Program-made: the position numbers and the translations under genes
Notes under the pieces: generated by a model
Told to the model about the DNA's origin: nothing
Database searches by the model: none
Seen by the model: only the letters and a program-made list of their open reading frames with translations
In this document: piece by piece, positions 1 to 10,014 of the stretch
How positions within the stretch are numbered: position 1 is the first letter of the stretch
How the letters are laid out: each line of letters starts with the position of its first letter
IMG/VR virus record: IMGVR_UViG_3300046170_000519
Coordinates: 62,001-126,000 of that record
Strand: one strand, 5' to 3'
DNA: 64,000 nucleotides

Positions 1-14
1 TTTCTAATTTGCTA

Positions 15-530
15 TTATTTTTTTTCATTTGCATTTAAATCTTTTTTAAGTTTCTTTTCAATAGAAAAACTGCAAAAGGGGCTATGTCTATATATACCAA
101 CCATAAAAGATTTTGCTTTATTAGCTTTTGCTCCAAAACTATGTGGGGTTACTCGTGACCCACAATTTCTGCAAGGAGCAAGACCTTTATGCAAAGCCTT
201 TTTTAAGACGTGGTCTTTAGGAAGATGCCAATCAAGGTAGTTAATAATATACCTCTCTTCTTTTTCAGAAAAAGCATTTGTTTTATTTTTCTTTCTAAAA
301 TCTAATTTTAATGAGTAAAGTTTTTCATGAAGCTTTGGAAACTCACTATCAATACGCACATCTAAAATCTCATGCATCTCGACCCCAAAGGGCGTTCCAA
401 AATCTTTACCCCCTTTTCGATCATAAGTTGATTTATGATGTCCATGAGCCAAATTTAAAAAAAGTAACGAAATAAGTATTTTTATAATTTTCATAATAAC
501 CAAACTAAAAGAAAAGAAAGGAGATGTCAA
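15..530 (-). CDS. hypothetical protein (hydrophobic N-terminus, CxxC motif)
   Basis: 171-aa ORF overlapping the uvsE stop; contains PCRNCG; true start may be the Met at 494. Confidence 0.55.
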   Translation of the reverse strand: MTSPFFSFSLVIMKIIKILISLLFLNLAHGHHKSTYDRKGGKDFGTPFGVEMHEILDVRIDSEFPKLHEKLYSLKLDFRKKNKTNAFSEKEERYIINYLDWHLPKDHVLKKALHKGLAPCRNCGSRVTPHSFGAKANKAKSFMVGIYRHSPFCSFSIEKKLKKDLNANEKK

Positions 531-1531
531 GCTTTTTGGAAATTTTGTTTAAGAAGTCTAATAGCTTTATCTTTCTGCTTAACTTCACACTCCCATTTAA
601 CTTGTTTGCTTGGCTCTATCGCTATAATAGGCGGAGTGTTACCAAGGGCAAAATAATCGGCATGGGCGCGAGGTTTTTGTGGAGTCCCCTCAGACCAATG
701 AAACACAGGAGCAATAAAATTGTTATCACCATCTCCTTGATTAACCCACGTGTAGGCACAACGTTCTGCTTGAAATGCGACATTGTGATCTTCTGATGGA
801 TTGCAAAAATCATGAAGATTATCATAGCAGACAGGGATATTTGCACCAAATGTTTCAAACAAATACTCGCTTAATTTAATGCAATTATCCACATTAAAAA
901 AACCTTTGTCTTCATTCTCGATAGTAAGACGCTTGTAAACACCTTTATCGCACATAGAAAGATTGCGAAAAAATCTAGTCGCAACTATTTCTAAGCTTTC
1001 ATCCATTTTTGGGGTGTAATTGATATGAATGTTCATTGGCGCAGTATGATCTTGCGGAAGACCTAACATATCAAGAACACTCGCTTGAAAATTTAATTCT
1101 TTAATGGTTCTAGCTACCGCATCTCTATTGGTAGAAGCAAGAACATTGAATTGGTCGGGGTGAGAACCAATTGTAAGATTGAATTTTTTGGCAATTTTAC
1201 CTGCGAATTTTAATTCTTCTTTTATTGAAACTCTATCGGGCAAATCTTCATAGTTGACATCTGTATTATCATCTGTAATGAGCGGAAAAAGAGCAGAACT
1301 AAGACGATAATGTAAAATACCATTGTTAATGCAATGACGAATAATGTAACGAGTGACGCGAGCATTGTGAAGAATTCTGCTAGACAAATCTTTGATAGCT
1401 TGATCTCTGCCATTTTGTAAGGAAAGATCGCTAAATCTTTTTCTAGTCATTGTTCTAAAAGAATACTTTTTTTTATCTTTATCTTTTAATTCTTCGCTAA
1501 TGCAAGTTAAGCCTAGTATTTGATCAGTCAT
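527..1531 (-). CDS. uvsE: UV DNA damage repair endonuclease (UvsE/UvdE)
   Basis: motifs YRLSSALFP, HPDQFNVLAS, NIH, RLTIENEDK, DNLHD, HWSE...RAHAD, ECEVKQKD. Confidence 0.92.
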   Translation of the reverse strand: MTDQILGLTCISEELKDKDKKKYSFRTMTRKRFSDLSLQNGRDQAIKDLSSRILHNARVTRYIIRHCINNGILHYRLSSALFPLITDDNTDVNYEDLPDRVSIKEELKFAGKIAKKFNLTIGSHPDQFNVLASTNRDAVARTIKELNFQASVLDMLGLPQDHTAPMNIHINYTPKMDESLEIVATRFFRNLSMCDKGVYKRLTIENEDKGFFNVDNCIKLSEYLFETFGANIPVCYDNLHDFCNPSEDHNVAFQAERCAYTWVNQGDGDNNFIAPVFHWSEGTPQKPRAHADYFALGNTPPIIAIEPSKQVKWECEVKQKDKAIRLLKQNFQKA

Positions 1532-1580
1532 AGTATATAATATGACATAAAATTAAAAAACGTCAATAATAAAAAAAGAT

Positions 1581-1608
1581 TTGACTTTCAAAAAAAGATT
1601 TGTAAGAT
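1581..1608 (+). promoter_or_regulatory. sigma70-like promoter TTGACT-16-TAAGAT
   Basis: lies in the divergent intergenic gap, 9 nt before the ATG at 1618. Confidence 0.5.
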
Positions 1609-1617
1609 TAAGGCATT

Positions 1618-1863
1618 ATGAAAAGAGGTAGACCAAAAGGATATAGTCCGTACACTGAAATTACTTACGAAGAATTAGCTGATTGGGTCGGGAGGAAGGC
1701 AAAAATACCCGTCTCAAAAAAATGGCTTCAAGCTCTTATGGGCGAAAATACAAATGAGGAATCAAGCGATTTTTTTGTTGACGACAGTTCAATGAAAGAT
1801 TATGATACACCTCAATTAGAATCCAAAATAGAATACACCTTAACCCATTTTGAAAATGAATAA
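1618..1863 (+). CDS. small protein with N-terminal AT-hook-like motif
   Basis: starts MKRGRPKG; overlaps the ruvB-like start. Confidence 0.6.
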   Translation: MKRGRPKGYSPYTEITYEELADWVGRKAKIPVSKKWLQALMGENTNEESSDFFVDDSSMKDYDTPQLESKIEYTLTHFENE

Positions 1864-2791
1864 TTATTTCTCTCATTTAGTTGGACAACAAGCAGTAAAA
1901 AAGAAATTATCTTTTTATTTAGACGCCTTTAATAAGACTTCTCAAGCTCCTTTTTTGCTCATGTCGGGAGCAAAAGGTTTAGGTAAAACTGAATTTGCGA
2001 AATCTTTCGCTAAAAATCTTTATAATCGAGATGGGGATAGGAGATCATTTTTAGAATTAAATTGCTCCACAATAAAAAACAATGAGCAATTCTTTGAGCA
2101 AATTTTTCTACCCCTTATAGCGGATAATGAAATAACAATATTATTTGATGAATGTCACGCTTTACCTTTGGACTTGACAATGGCTTTCCTAACAATATTT
2201 AATACAGAAAAAAATGCTAGGAAACATTTTGAGTGGAATGAGATGACATTTGAGTTTAATTTTAAACAACAAACATTTATATTTGCAACAACAGAAACTG
2301 ATAAGATTTTTCCACCATTAAAAGATAGATTAACTTCAGTAGATTTTGAGAAATATAGTCAAGAGGATTTAGCTGACATTGTAAAACTCTGCTTGCCTCA
2401 TATTTGCTTTTCAGATGATTGTATTAAAAAAGTTGCTACAACAATTAGAGGTAATGCTCGTAGCGCTGTAAAAAGAGCTAAAGAAATAGATTTATACTGC
2501 GGAGCAAAAGACATCTCTTTATTTGACTCAAAACACTTTGAAGATCTATGTGATCAAGTAGGCATACTTCCCCTTGGAATATCGCACACAGAAAAACAAA
2601 TCCTAGAAGCTCTTAACACCTGCGGTTCAGCGACTTTAACAGGATTAGCCGCAAAAATAGGAATGAGTAAAACGGCTTTGCAGAGAGATCATGAGCTTTA
2701 TTTGCTACATAAAAGTTTGATCGAAATAGACGGAAAGAGAAAAATAACAGGAGAAGGTATAAATATTTGTAAGCAGTTAAATTGTTTATGA
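1850..2791 (+). CDS. ruvB: Holliday junction branch-migration ATPase, RuvB-like
   Basis: Walker A GAKGLGKT, Walker B LFDECH, FATT..K..PPLKDR, RG.AR, C-terminal winged helix with ELYLL and GRKIT-like motif. Confidence 0.85.
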   Translation: MKMNNYFSHLVGQQAVKKKLSFYLDAFNKTSQAPFLLMSGAKGLGKTEFAKSFAKNLYNRDGDRRSFLELNCSTIKNNEQFFEQIFLPLIADNEITILFDECHALPLDLTMAFLTIFNTEKNARKHFEWNEMTFEFNFKQQTFIFATTETDKIFPPLKDRLTSVDFEKYSQEDLADIVKLCLPHICFSDDCIKKVATTIRGNARSAVKRAKEIDLYCGAKDISLFDSKHFEDLCDQVGILPLGISHTEKQILEALNTCGSATLTGLAAKIGMSKTALQRDHELYLLHKSLIEIDGKRKITGEGINICKQLNCL

Positions 2792-3664
2792 TTTCTTAAA
2801 TGAATTAATTTTATTTTTAAGACTTTTAAAAGAAAAAAGCTTTTTATTTCCAAAATCAAAATTAGAATAATCTAAATCATCGAAGTTTAAATCCTTCCAA
2901 TCACTAATTAAATAAATAGGAAAAGATTTCGATAAATGTTTATAGAAATCATCAGCCATACAAATAGGAACTACTTTCAAGTAAAAGCACTCCCAAAGCC
3001 TGTGAGTATCTATACCCCTACCCCTTGGACAGGCACAAAATTGATGAGAATGTAAGTCTTTCAAGAATGCAGGGTACGGCAAATTTGATGACATAGAAAG
3101 CCCCTTTGACTCTAATGTAGACTTACAATGATTTCGTATATTTTTGTTGGTTCGAGTTGAAAAATTAAAATAAATCAATTTTTCTTTAGAACTTTTATTT
3201 AAAGATTCTTTATGTACAAGGCTAATATCGCCATGTCGCCATTGAGAATTGGCAATGCCAATTGGTAAATGAGTGACTTTTTCATGATTATAAACTAAGC
3301 AATTTTGCGAAAAAATATGCTGAATTAGAGGAACTTCCTCGAAAAGATTTAAATGCATAGGGTGAAAATGATCATCAGAATTATGAAAAACTAAAGCAAA
3401 AGGGTTTTTAAATCTTTTTAAATGTGAAATTAAATCCTGCAAATTTCTACGTAGTGTATGAGTATATGCGAAGACCAAAGATTGGTTGTCAACAGGAGTA
3501 TTATTTGAATCATTTAATAATATAAATTTGTTTGGGTCATTATTTGAATGATACAATTTTCCAATTTTTGGATTGTATTTGAAGTCTCTTTCAGTACCTA
3601 AAAAATGAGAGCATAAAAGTTGTATTTTTTCTCCCGATATATATTCATTATTAGAGTATGGCAT
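2786..3664 (-). CDS. exostosin-like (GT47) glycosyltransferase
   Basis: FCACPRGRGIDTHRLWECFYLKVVPI, LPIGIAN, HNSD. Confidence 0.75.
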   Translation of the reverse strand: MPYSNNEYISGEKIQLLCSHFLGTERDFKYNPKIGKLYHSNNDPNKFILLNDSNNTPVDNQSLVFAYTHTLRRNLQDLISHLKRFKNPFALVFHNSDDHFHPMHLNLFEEVPLIQHIFSQNCLVYNHEKVTHLPIGIANSQWRHGDISLVHKESLNKSSKEKLIYFNFSTRTNKNIRNHCKSTLESKGLSMSSNLPYPAFLKDLHSHQFCACPRGRGIDTHRLWECFYLKVVPICMADDFYKHLSKSFPIYLISDWKDLNFDDLDYSNFDFGNKKLFSFKSLKNKINSFKKS

Positions 3665-3703
3665 GCTTTTAAAGCTTAATGCATATTTATATAATATGTG
3701 TGA

Positions 3704-5170
3704 TTATTTTTTTCTTTTGTACCAATGGTCTGAAGCATAATCTAAATCCATAGACAAACCTTTTTCAATATTTGAATTGCCCCAATTTAATTTGCGAAGT
3801 TTAATTTTATCAGAGTGAAATTTAAGCATGTAATTAAAATATATTTCATATTCAGAAGCTCCTGAGTGTAAATGAGAAACATTTTTCAAAAAAACATCAT
3901 AAAATTTTTCCCCATGGTTAGATTCAATTTTATGAATGATTTCATTCCAATATTTAATTTCAAAAATCATATGATGGCATATCCCCGATTTATCAGATTT
4001 AACTCTGTGGAATTCGGGGTCTAATTTAGCCATGTGTTTAAAATAAGCGCCATGATTTTCTGTACCCCAATTATATAAACATTTATTATTTTCAGTAAAT
4101 ATAGTGGGTTTTAGAAAAAAAGTGTCAGCATCAATGACCAAATATTTATCCAAAATATTTGGAATAACTCGCCCTGCATATATTTTGAGAAGCTGTTGTA
4201 GATACCAACCATGTCTAGGCTCTCCACGAATCAAATTATTCCCGTGATGTTTTTCGATGGTATCCACACCAAAAGGAAAAATATTTTCATCTATAGTCGT
4301 ACAACCTTCAATATTTAAGGAAGTGTCATTTGTAATTAAATAAATATTTCTATAACCTATAATATTGCGTTTAGTAAATTCAATTTGACTCTTTATTAAG
4401 TCTAAATCTTTACTACCTACACATATAACAATATCATATAAATTTTTCGGTAACCCATTTAACTGCCACAATGTTTGATATTGGTGTAATATTTTATTAG
4501 CACCTATTTGAGATAAAAAATGGTTAACTAAAGAACCTTTTCCACTCATATTTTCGTTAAAAACATCTTTAACCTCTCTGTATAAACGATTTTTTGATCC
4601 ACCATCCAACCATTCGGGGGATTTTGGAGTATCGTCAATCAAAATGACAGCATCATCTTTAAGGAGATTTTTGACGCAATTAAACTCTTTTAAGTGATGT
4701 AAGGCGGAGGCATAAGGATTTAGAAAATCAACATCGTAAGAGTCTAAGTAGAGAAAATCAATTTTATCTTTAAGTTTCGGTAGAAATATTAGAGAATCAG
4801 AATGCTCTACATGAGTTTTGCAAGAAGTTTGCTGATTGGCTAAATTTACAGAAGATTTACTTAAATCAACTGATGTAACCTTACCCCCGAATGCATTTAC
4901 AAATTTATCCCATATTGATGTAGATTTTGTACCATGAGCAGAACAGCCAGTCTCAACTACTGTATATTCAGGCTTATTTTGATTAGCTAATGTTTCTAAA
5001 GCTAACTTGATGGTGCTATAGCAAATGTGCGTATAAAATGTGTTTTCACTTGGCTGTCCACCAGCAATTGAAGACCCATCTGGGTAATGAGCCAACTTAT
5101 GATTTTTACCATATTGATTTGTTTTTGAAAAATGAGCGTCGATTATATTATTGATCATCGTAAAAGGCAT
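3704..5170 (-). CDS. fusion of class I SAM methyltransferase (Methyltransf_24-like) and DUF6492-like GT-A domain
   Basis: N-half VETG...IDFLYLDSYD...ILIDD; C-half GWYLQQLLK, YLVIDADTFFLKP, SEYEIY. Confidence 0.7.
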   Translation of the reverse strand: MPFTMINNIIDAHFSKTNQYGKNHKLAHYPDGSSIAGGQPSENTFYTHICYSTIKLALETLANQNKPEYTVVETGCSAHGTKSTSIWDKFVNAFGGKVTSVDLSKSSVNLANQQTSCKTHVEHSDSLIFLPKLKDKIDFLYLDSYDVDFLNPYASALHHLKEFNCVKNLLKDDAVILIDDTPKSPEWLDGGSKNRLYREVKDVFNENMSGKGSLVNHFLSQIGANKILHQYQTLWQLNGLPKNLYDIVICVGSKDLDLIKSQIEFTKRNIIGYRNIYLITNDTSLNIEGCTTIDENIFPFGVDTIEKHHGNNLIRGEPRHGWYLQQLLKIYAGRVIPNILDKYLVIDADTFFLKPTIFTENNKCLYNWGTENHGAYFKHMAKLDPEFHRVKSDKSGICHHMIFEIKYWNEIIHKIESNHGEKFYDVFLKNVSHLHSGASEYEIYFNYMLKFHSDKIKLRKLNWGNSNIEKGLSMDLDYASDHWYKRKK

Positions 5171-5187
5171 GTTGATTTATTGTTTTA

Positions 5188-5208
5188 AAATGGCATGATT
5201 GTAAGTAT
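5188..5208. repeat. 21-bp direct repeat, copy 1 (AAATGGCATGATTGTAAGTAT)
   Basis: identical to 5928-5948. Confidence 0.9.
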
Positions 5209-5228
5209 ATTATATTTTTATATATTTA

Positions 5229-5936
5229 TCATTGAGGCTTCAATTTATCAGGGGAAACTGGACCTTTTCCACCGCTTTTACTGCTTAGATAATTATTGTA
5301 AACATATAAATCATTGCATAATATCACTTTTGATGGAATATTTGCTCTTAAAAGCATTTTATTAAAAAGAACATCCTGCCCTTTTTTGCTATTGGGGAAT
5401 TTTTTGATGTGTCCAATTATTGATTTATTTAAAAATATAGCCCCGTTATGCACACACGTTTTTTTAGAAGAAGCACGATCAACAAGCTCGATTTCATTAA
5501 AATTTATAAGAGTCTTTAAAGCATCTAAATCCCCTGTCCAGCCATGGCAAATGAAGGGAGCTTTAGTTTTTAAATAAGATTTAAGAAAAATTTCATTCCT
5601 CTGTTTATGGCAGAAATCATCACAGTCTTGATATATAATTATGTCCGAGGTGCATAAATGGTATGCCGTCTCTCGATTTTTACCAGCATATATTTCTTTT
5701 TTATTGATAACAAGTTTTAATTTTATTGAACGAGGGACTGCCTGTTTTATTTTAATAATAATTTCATCGGCAGATTTTTGCTCCGATGCTGTTTTCGGTC
5801 TATAGTTTGATATACATAAAATTATTTCATTAGGTAAAACGGTTTGGTTTAAAATATTTTTAACCGCTGATTCTAATAAGAGAATATGTCTGAAAACTAT
5901 AGGAATAGCATTTGTAATTGAGGGTTTAAATGGCAT
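5229..5936 (-). CDS. GT2 glycosyltransferase
   Basis: LNQTVLPNEII, AGKNR, YQDCDD (DxD), GQD. Confidence 0.8.
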   Translation of the reverse strand: MPFKPSITNAIPIVFRHILLLESAVKNILNQTVLPNEIILCISNYRPKTASEQKSADEIIIKIKQAVPRSIKLKLVINKKEIYAGKNRETAYHLCTSDIIIYQDCDDFCHKQRNEIFLKSYLKTKAPFICHGWTGDLDALKTLINFNEIELVDRASSKKTCVHNGAIFLNKSIIGHIKKFPNSKKGQDVLFNKMLLRANIPSKVILCNDLYVYNNYLSSKSGGKGPVSPDKLKPQ

Positions 5937-5948
5937 GATTGTAAGTAT
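5928..5948. repeat. 21-bp direct repeat, copy 2 (spans the start codon of the GT2 gene)
   Basis: identical to 5188-5208. Confidence 0.9.
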
Positions 5949-5949
5949 G

Positions 5950-6933
5950 TTACACTTTTTTTATATATTTACTAATAGCAGTATTATAAATTGTATACGG
6001 CTCCAAATTTTTACAATGCATATGGAGATTATTAATCGGTATCAACTTTTTGTTAATTTCAATATATGGGAAATACAACTTACCCTTTTGAACCCACTTA
6101 AAAGAATAGTTATCGTATTTGACAATACAAGTTTCGTTTACAAAGCCAGAAGTGTCCCCCGCTTTGTTTCGAGGGTCTACTCCACATAAGTATTGACCAA
6201 TAGACGCTCCATCAAAAATACTACCAAAATGATCAAAATTTTCATTAACTACAAATGACCAAGGGTGATCTTTATTTATTTCTACAATTCGCCCTTTTTT
6301 ATCTTCACCCTGCTTTAAACTGCCGTCTATTATTGGAAAACTTTTAACAAAAGTGTTTTTATTTCTATGATAAAAACTTGCGAGATTTCTCATGTCATGA
6401 GATTTGGGGTTATAATTATCACATAAGTCATCCAAAAACTCTGCGCTAGGAATGTAGATAATTCCTGGAATAGATCTATCCTTCCAATCCATAACTAAAT
6501 ACAAATAATTACCAAAATTATAAAGCATTTTTGTATAAAGTAATACATCGTTTTCCAAGTGAACGATGTGTTTCATATCATAATTTCGCATCCATTCTCT
6601 GATTGCAAAAAATCGAAGTGATGCATTATGCCAAAAACCGTTTCTGTAATTTTTATTTAATTCAGATTTATTATTAAAATAAGATAAATCTAAATTTGAA
6701 GCATGCACTATATTAAAACTTGGAGAATCAAAGAATTCTACAAATTTTGAAGAAAACTCTTTTTCTGTAATAACATAAACATTATATTCGAGTGTCAGTA
6801 ATTGACGTATATTGTATATTATATAATCTTGAAAGTCCCCTAACGAAGTTAAAACAATACTGGGTTGTAACTCTTCTTTTAAGGTTTTTTTCATAATAAG
6901 TCTACTTTTTAATGTCGATTTATTTTTGAGCAA
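5950..6933 (-). CDS. putative GT-A fold glycosyltransferase
   Basis: FW....RFF, HLENDVLLY (ExD), IFDGASIGQYLCG, NLHMHCK; lies in the glyco-gene cluster. Confidence 0.5.
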   Translation of the reverse strand: MLKNKSTLKSRLIMKKTLKEELQPSIVLTSLGDFQDYIIYNIRQLLTLEYNVYVITEKEFSSKFVEFFDSPSFNIVHASNLDLSYFNNKSELNKNYRNGFWHNASLRFFAIREWMRNYDMKHIVHLENDVLLYTKMLYNFGNYLYLVMDWKDRSIPGIIYIPSAEFLDDLCDNYNPKSHDMRNLASFYHRNKNTFVKSFPIIDGSLKQGEDKKGRIVEINKDHPWSFVVNENFDHFGSIFDGASIGQYLCGVDPRNKAGDTSGFVNETCIVKYDNYSFKWVQKGKLYFPYIEINKKLIPINNLHMHCKNLEPYTIYNTAISKYIKKV

Positions 6934-7603
6934 AAATCCAAGTTATAACAGGAGCATTAACATTAGAAGTGTAATCAGTGACTTGTTTGTAATCAGGCCA
7001 TTTTTTGTTGTTAAAAATAAAATTATGATACGATGAATTGCCCCAAAAACCTATATCTAATATTTTAAATCCAGAGCTTTTAAAAATACAACCCAAACCA
7101 ACAGGTGTTATACCTGTAAAATGATGAAAAGGGGTCGAGTGAGGTTTGTTAACTGCGGGTAAATTCATATAAACAATACCATTTTTGTTCATATGATTAT
7201 ATATATTTGTAACAACCTTGACTGGATCGTAAACATGTTCTAGTGTTTGATTCGACATAAAGAAATCAAAATCTTTTTCTGGTAAGTTTAGAGTATGTAA
7301 ATCATAGTTGATTTTATCGTCAACATAATTATAGTTAATTTTTTTATTAAACTTTAAGTGTTCATATTCAGGATCGCGACCACCGTTTAACGATAAAACC
7401 TTATCAAAAAAGAAATTATTTTCATCCATGAATTTTTTGAACTCTAATACAGCAAAAATTCTAGGCACATCTTTTCTGTTCCAGTCCCATTTTTTATTTG
7501 GATTGTCAGGCAATTCTCTATATCTGTTTAAATATTTTTTTGACCCCTTGGGCACTATATATGTAGAGTAAATATCTTGTATGTCTTGTTCTGATAAATT
7601 CAT
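6920..7603 (-). CDS. class I SAM-dependent methyltransferase (type 11-like)
   Basis: FDFFMSNQTLEHVYDP, NKNGIVY, H..P.H. Confidence 0.75.
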   Translation of the reverse strand: MNLSEQDIQDIYSTYIVPKGSKKYLNRYRELPDNPNKKWDWNRKDVPRIFAVLEFKKFMDENNFFFDKVLSLNGGRDPEYEHLKFNKKINYNYVDDKINYDLHTLNLPEKDFDFFMSNQTLEHVYDPVKVVTNIYNHMNKNGIVYMNLPAVNKPHSTPFHHFTGITPVGLGCIFKSSGFKILDIGFWGNSSYHNFIFNNKKWPDYKQVTDYTSNVNAPVITWIFAQK

Positions 7604-7647
7604 TTTAAAAGGTAAAGGTTATATTATATATAATAAAGTTTATACAC

Positions 7648-8184
7648 TCATTTTCTATTTAAAGTTGAGTGCATCAACATTTCTTCAAAACAATCGTCAG
7701 ACAAGTTTTTATAATTTTCAAAAATGCCCACGCCTCCTCTATCTCCTACTATTTTATCATAATACTCTTTGTCCCAAAAATCATAATAATTTGTATTACG
7801 CAACTTATTTGAGTACTCATTTAGCTCTGATAATTTTTGTATCATTAATATGGCATATTCTTTATTATTTGTTTTAATTCCATTTATTTTATTTATTTGA
7901 TCAGGATGATCCCAAATTAACCACAAGTCTTTTGTTTTTGCAAATTGTTGGTGATCATTGCAGAATTCTTCTAACCATTTTTTATCAAATTGTTTTGAGC
8001 TACCATAAATTAAATATAGCATTGGATGCGTTTTATTTTGTATGCAATCAAAAGCATCTGCCATAAAATTAGTAGACTGAATTATTTTTATTTTATTTAA
8101 AAAACTTTTAGCAAAAGGGCAAATTGCATGACCCCCAAGCTCATCTCTTTTAAGAGAAATATAATCTATGTAATCCTTAATCAT
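7648..8184 (-). CDS. hypothetical protein, possibly DUF1415-like
   Basis: ICPFAK, DHP, IQ...L; weak resemblance only. Confidence 0.4.
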   Translation of the reverse strand: MIKDYIDYISLKRDELGGHAICPFAKSFLNKIKIIQSTNFMADAFDCIQNKTHPMLYLIYGSSKQFDKKWLEEFCNDHQQFAKTKDLWLIWDHPDQINKINGIKTNNKEYAILMIQKLSELNEYSNKLRNTNYYDFWDKEYYDKIVGDRGGVGIFENYKNLSDDCFEEMLMHSTLNRK

Positions 8185-8593
8185 TTTTGATCAACTCCCA
8201 ACGATTATCATAATTTAACCTGAAAGAGCCTTGGTGCTTTTCTCCCCAAGAGCATTCATTGGGAGCAAATAAACTCATGAAATGTTTTCCATTATCTTTT
8301 TTGTATAGATAATATATTTGTCCGATAACAGGTTTCATTCTCATTTCTGCATTGAATATTATTTCGTTCCATTTAACATCTTCAGCAAGCTCTTTAAATT
8401 GTTTTTTTAACTTGTTAAAGCGTTCTTCATAATGTTTATTTGCAGAATGAACCGCTCCAACTTTCCATCCTTCAAGGCTATGATCGGGGCGAATAATAGG
8501 AGCGCCCACATTACTAGCGTAAGGAAGAGAATGAGGATTTGGGGCAACATTATCGGGTAGTTCTTTTTCATCCATCACATAGCCACATTCCAT
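8177..8593 (-). CDS. DUF2452-like protein
   Basis: LPYASNVGAP, PVIGQIYYLY, F.SL.AP.E, FRL..D.RW. Confidence 0.7.
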   Translation of the reverse strand: MECGYVMDEKELPDNVAPNPHSLPYASNVGAPIIRPDHSLEGWKVGAVHSANKHYEERFNKLKKQFKELAEDVKWNEIIFNAEMRMKPVIGQIYYLYKKDNGKHFMSLFAPNECSWGEKHQGSFRLNYDNRWELIKND

Positions 8594-9000
8594 TCTTCTT
8601 CTTTTTCAACCCAATCTTTAAATTTTTCAAATCCACCTCGTGCAGACCAATCTGAATCAATAGTTAATTTTGACGATATACCTCCTCTTGGATTAAATAC
8701 CATAACTATCCTTAACCTTTCGGGTTCATAAACATCCATTAAGTGATCATATAAAATATTAATTAATCTTTCATAAGAGACAGCTATATCTCTTAAATGA
8801 AAGACATATTGCTTGAGGCTTTTTAATTCTATAATCTTATTTTTTGGATAAAAACTAAGATAAGCGTTTGCAAAATCGGGCTGTTCCTTTACTCCTAAAA
8901 ATGTAAATTCAGGTACTTTTACTTTTATTTCATATGCACCCTTACTTGGATTGGGTAGAGATTTTAGTATGTCTTTATTTATTTGATCGTATTTTTTCAT
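8575..9000 (-). CDS. queF: QueF-like T-fold protein lacking the catalytic Cys
   Basis: PEFTFLGVKEQPDFA (canonical PEFTSLCP.TGQPDFA), QueF motif ELKSLKQY, SYE, FNPRGGI; probable ATG at 9000. Confidence 0.8.
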   Translation of the reverse strand: MKKYDQINKDILKSLPNPSKGAYEIKVKVPEFTFLGVKEQPDFANAYLSFYPKNKIIELKSLKQYVFHLRDIAVSYERLINILYDHLMDVYEPERLRIVMVFNPRGGISSKLTIDSDWSARGGFEKFKDWVEKEEEWNVAM

Positions 9001-9002
9001 AT

Positions 9003-9194
9003 TTACCAATTTTTAATAATATTTGCTATGATAAATAAACAAGTTATCATATTTAAAACGACTATTATAGTTCTAAGGATCAAGCTAAACCTTGCTTCTT
9101 TTAGAGACAATATAGGTATGTCTGGCTGATCGGCATCTGTTTTACCAACTCGATGATCTAATGTTCGCGCCCAAATTAACCAAAGTTTTTTCAT
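9003..9194 (-). CDS. small membrane protein
   Basis: 63 aa with a C-terminal hydrophobic helix; in-operon spacing. Confidence 0.6.
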   Translation of the reverse strand: MKKLWLIWARTLDHRVGKTDADQPDIPILSLKEARFSLILRTIIVVLNMITCLFIIANIIKNW

Positions 9195-9237
9195 TGTCTA
9201 CTTTTTTTTATAGAGACATAATTTATATAATCCTCAA

Positions 9238-10014
9238 TCATGCAAAAAAATGTTTATCATCATATCTTTTTATTTTGTCAAGGTCTTTTGTTTTTATAAT
9301 TCTTGAATCTCTCTCGCATAAAAATTTATAATGCTCTACGTCATTTGACCATTTTTCTCCCGTCCAAAATTCAAACCCTTGATAGTCAGATTTGTAAATA
9401 CAGCAGTTTTCATAACCCATGCCCGTATACATATAATCTTTATTGTTTTTTATGCAATAATCGATTTCAGCTAAATTTGCATATTTGCCTAAATATAATT
9501 TTGGATCTTCATAGTCCCAAGCAAATTGAGTGGAGAAAACACTATTACTACCTACATCCCTCATGTAGGTAAAAGCTATTGGGCTGTGCCAACCACCGTT
9601 TTCATTTGGGGAATGATAGACCAAAAAGAACTTACGATTTTTCTCTAATTTAATTAATGGAGCTAACTCCCAAGATTTAAAATTTTTATATTTTATATAT
9701 TTTTCAAAAATATTATTTAATACATCTAAATTAACTTCTTCAGATCTGTAGCTCTTTATTTGGATTTTATCGCATTTTTTTCTAGCCTTTTTTGAGCTTT
9801 TAGTTTCTTTGAAGTTTTTTAAATTTATTCTAGTTTGTCTAGCTTGATACCAGTGGTTTTTTTCTTCGTTATTTGGGATAAAATAATCATCGGGTAGCCA
9901 GCCTTCTTGTAGAGCTAAATCTTCTTCTTCGAGTGGCACTTGAGCCATGCAATCGAAAAACATATAATCATATTCCTGAATCGCTCCCGAATAATGCTTG
10001 AAGTAAATTTTCAT
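9238..10014 (-). CDS. ATE1/Bpt-like aminoacyl-tRNA--protein transferase (GNAT fold)
   Basis: L..GW, WYQARQTRI, and C-terminal LGKYANLAEI...YMYTGMGY..C..YK.DY resembling ATE_C. Confidence 0.65.
   Translation of the reverse strand: MKIYFKHYSGAIQEYDYMFFDCMAQVPLEEEDLALQEGWLPDDYFIPNNEEKNHWYQARQTRINLKNFKETKSSKKARKKCDKIQIKSYRSEEVNLDVLNNIFEKYIKYKNFKSWELAPLIKLEKNRKFFLVYHSPNENGGWHSPIAFTYMRDVGSNSVFSTQFAWDYEDPKLYLGKYANLAEIDYCIKNNKDYMYTGMGYENCCIYKSDYQGFEFWTGEKWSNDVEHYKFLCERDSRIIKTKDLDKIKRYDDKHFFA

Noticed and set aside
8575-9000. Complete 7-deazaguanine DNA-modification cluster
   Set aside because: No folE, queD, queE, queC or dpdA in this window and the QueF lacks its nucleophile; cannot be excluded for the rest of the genome.
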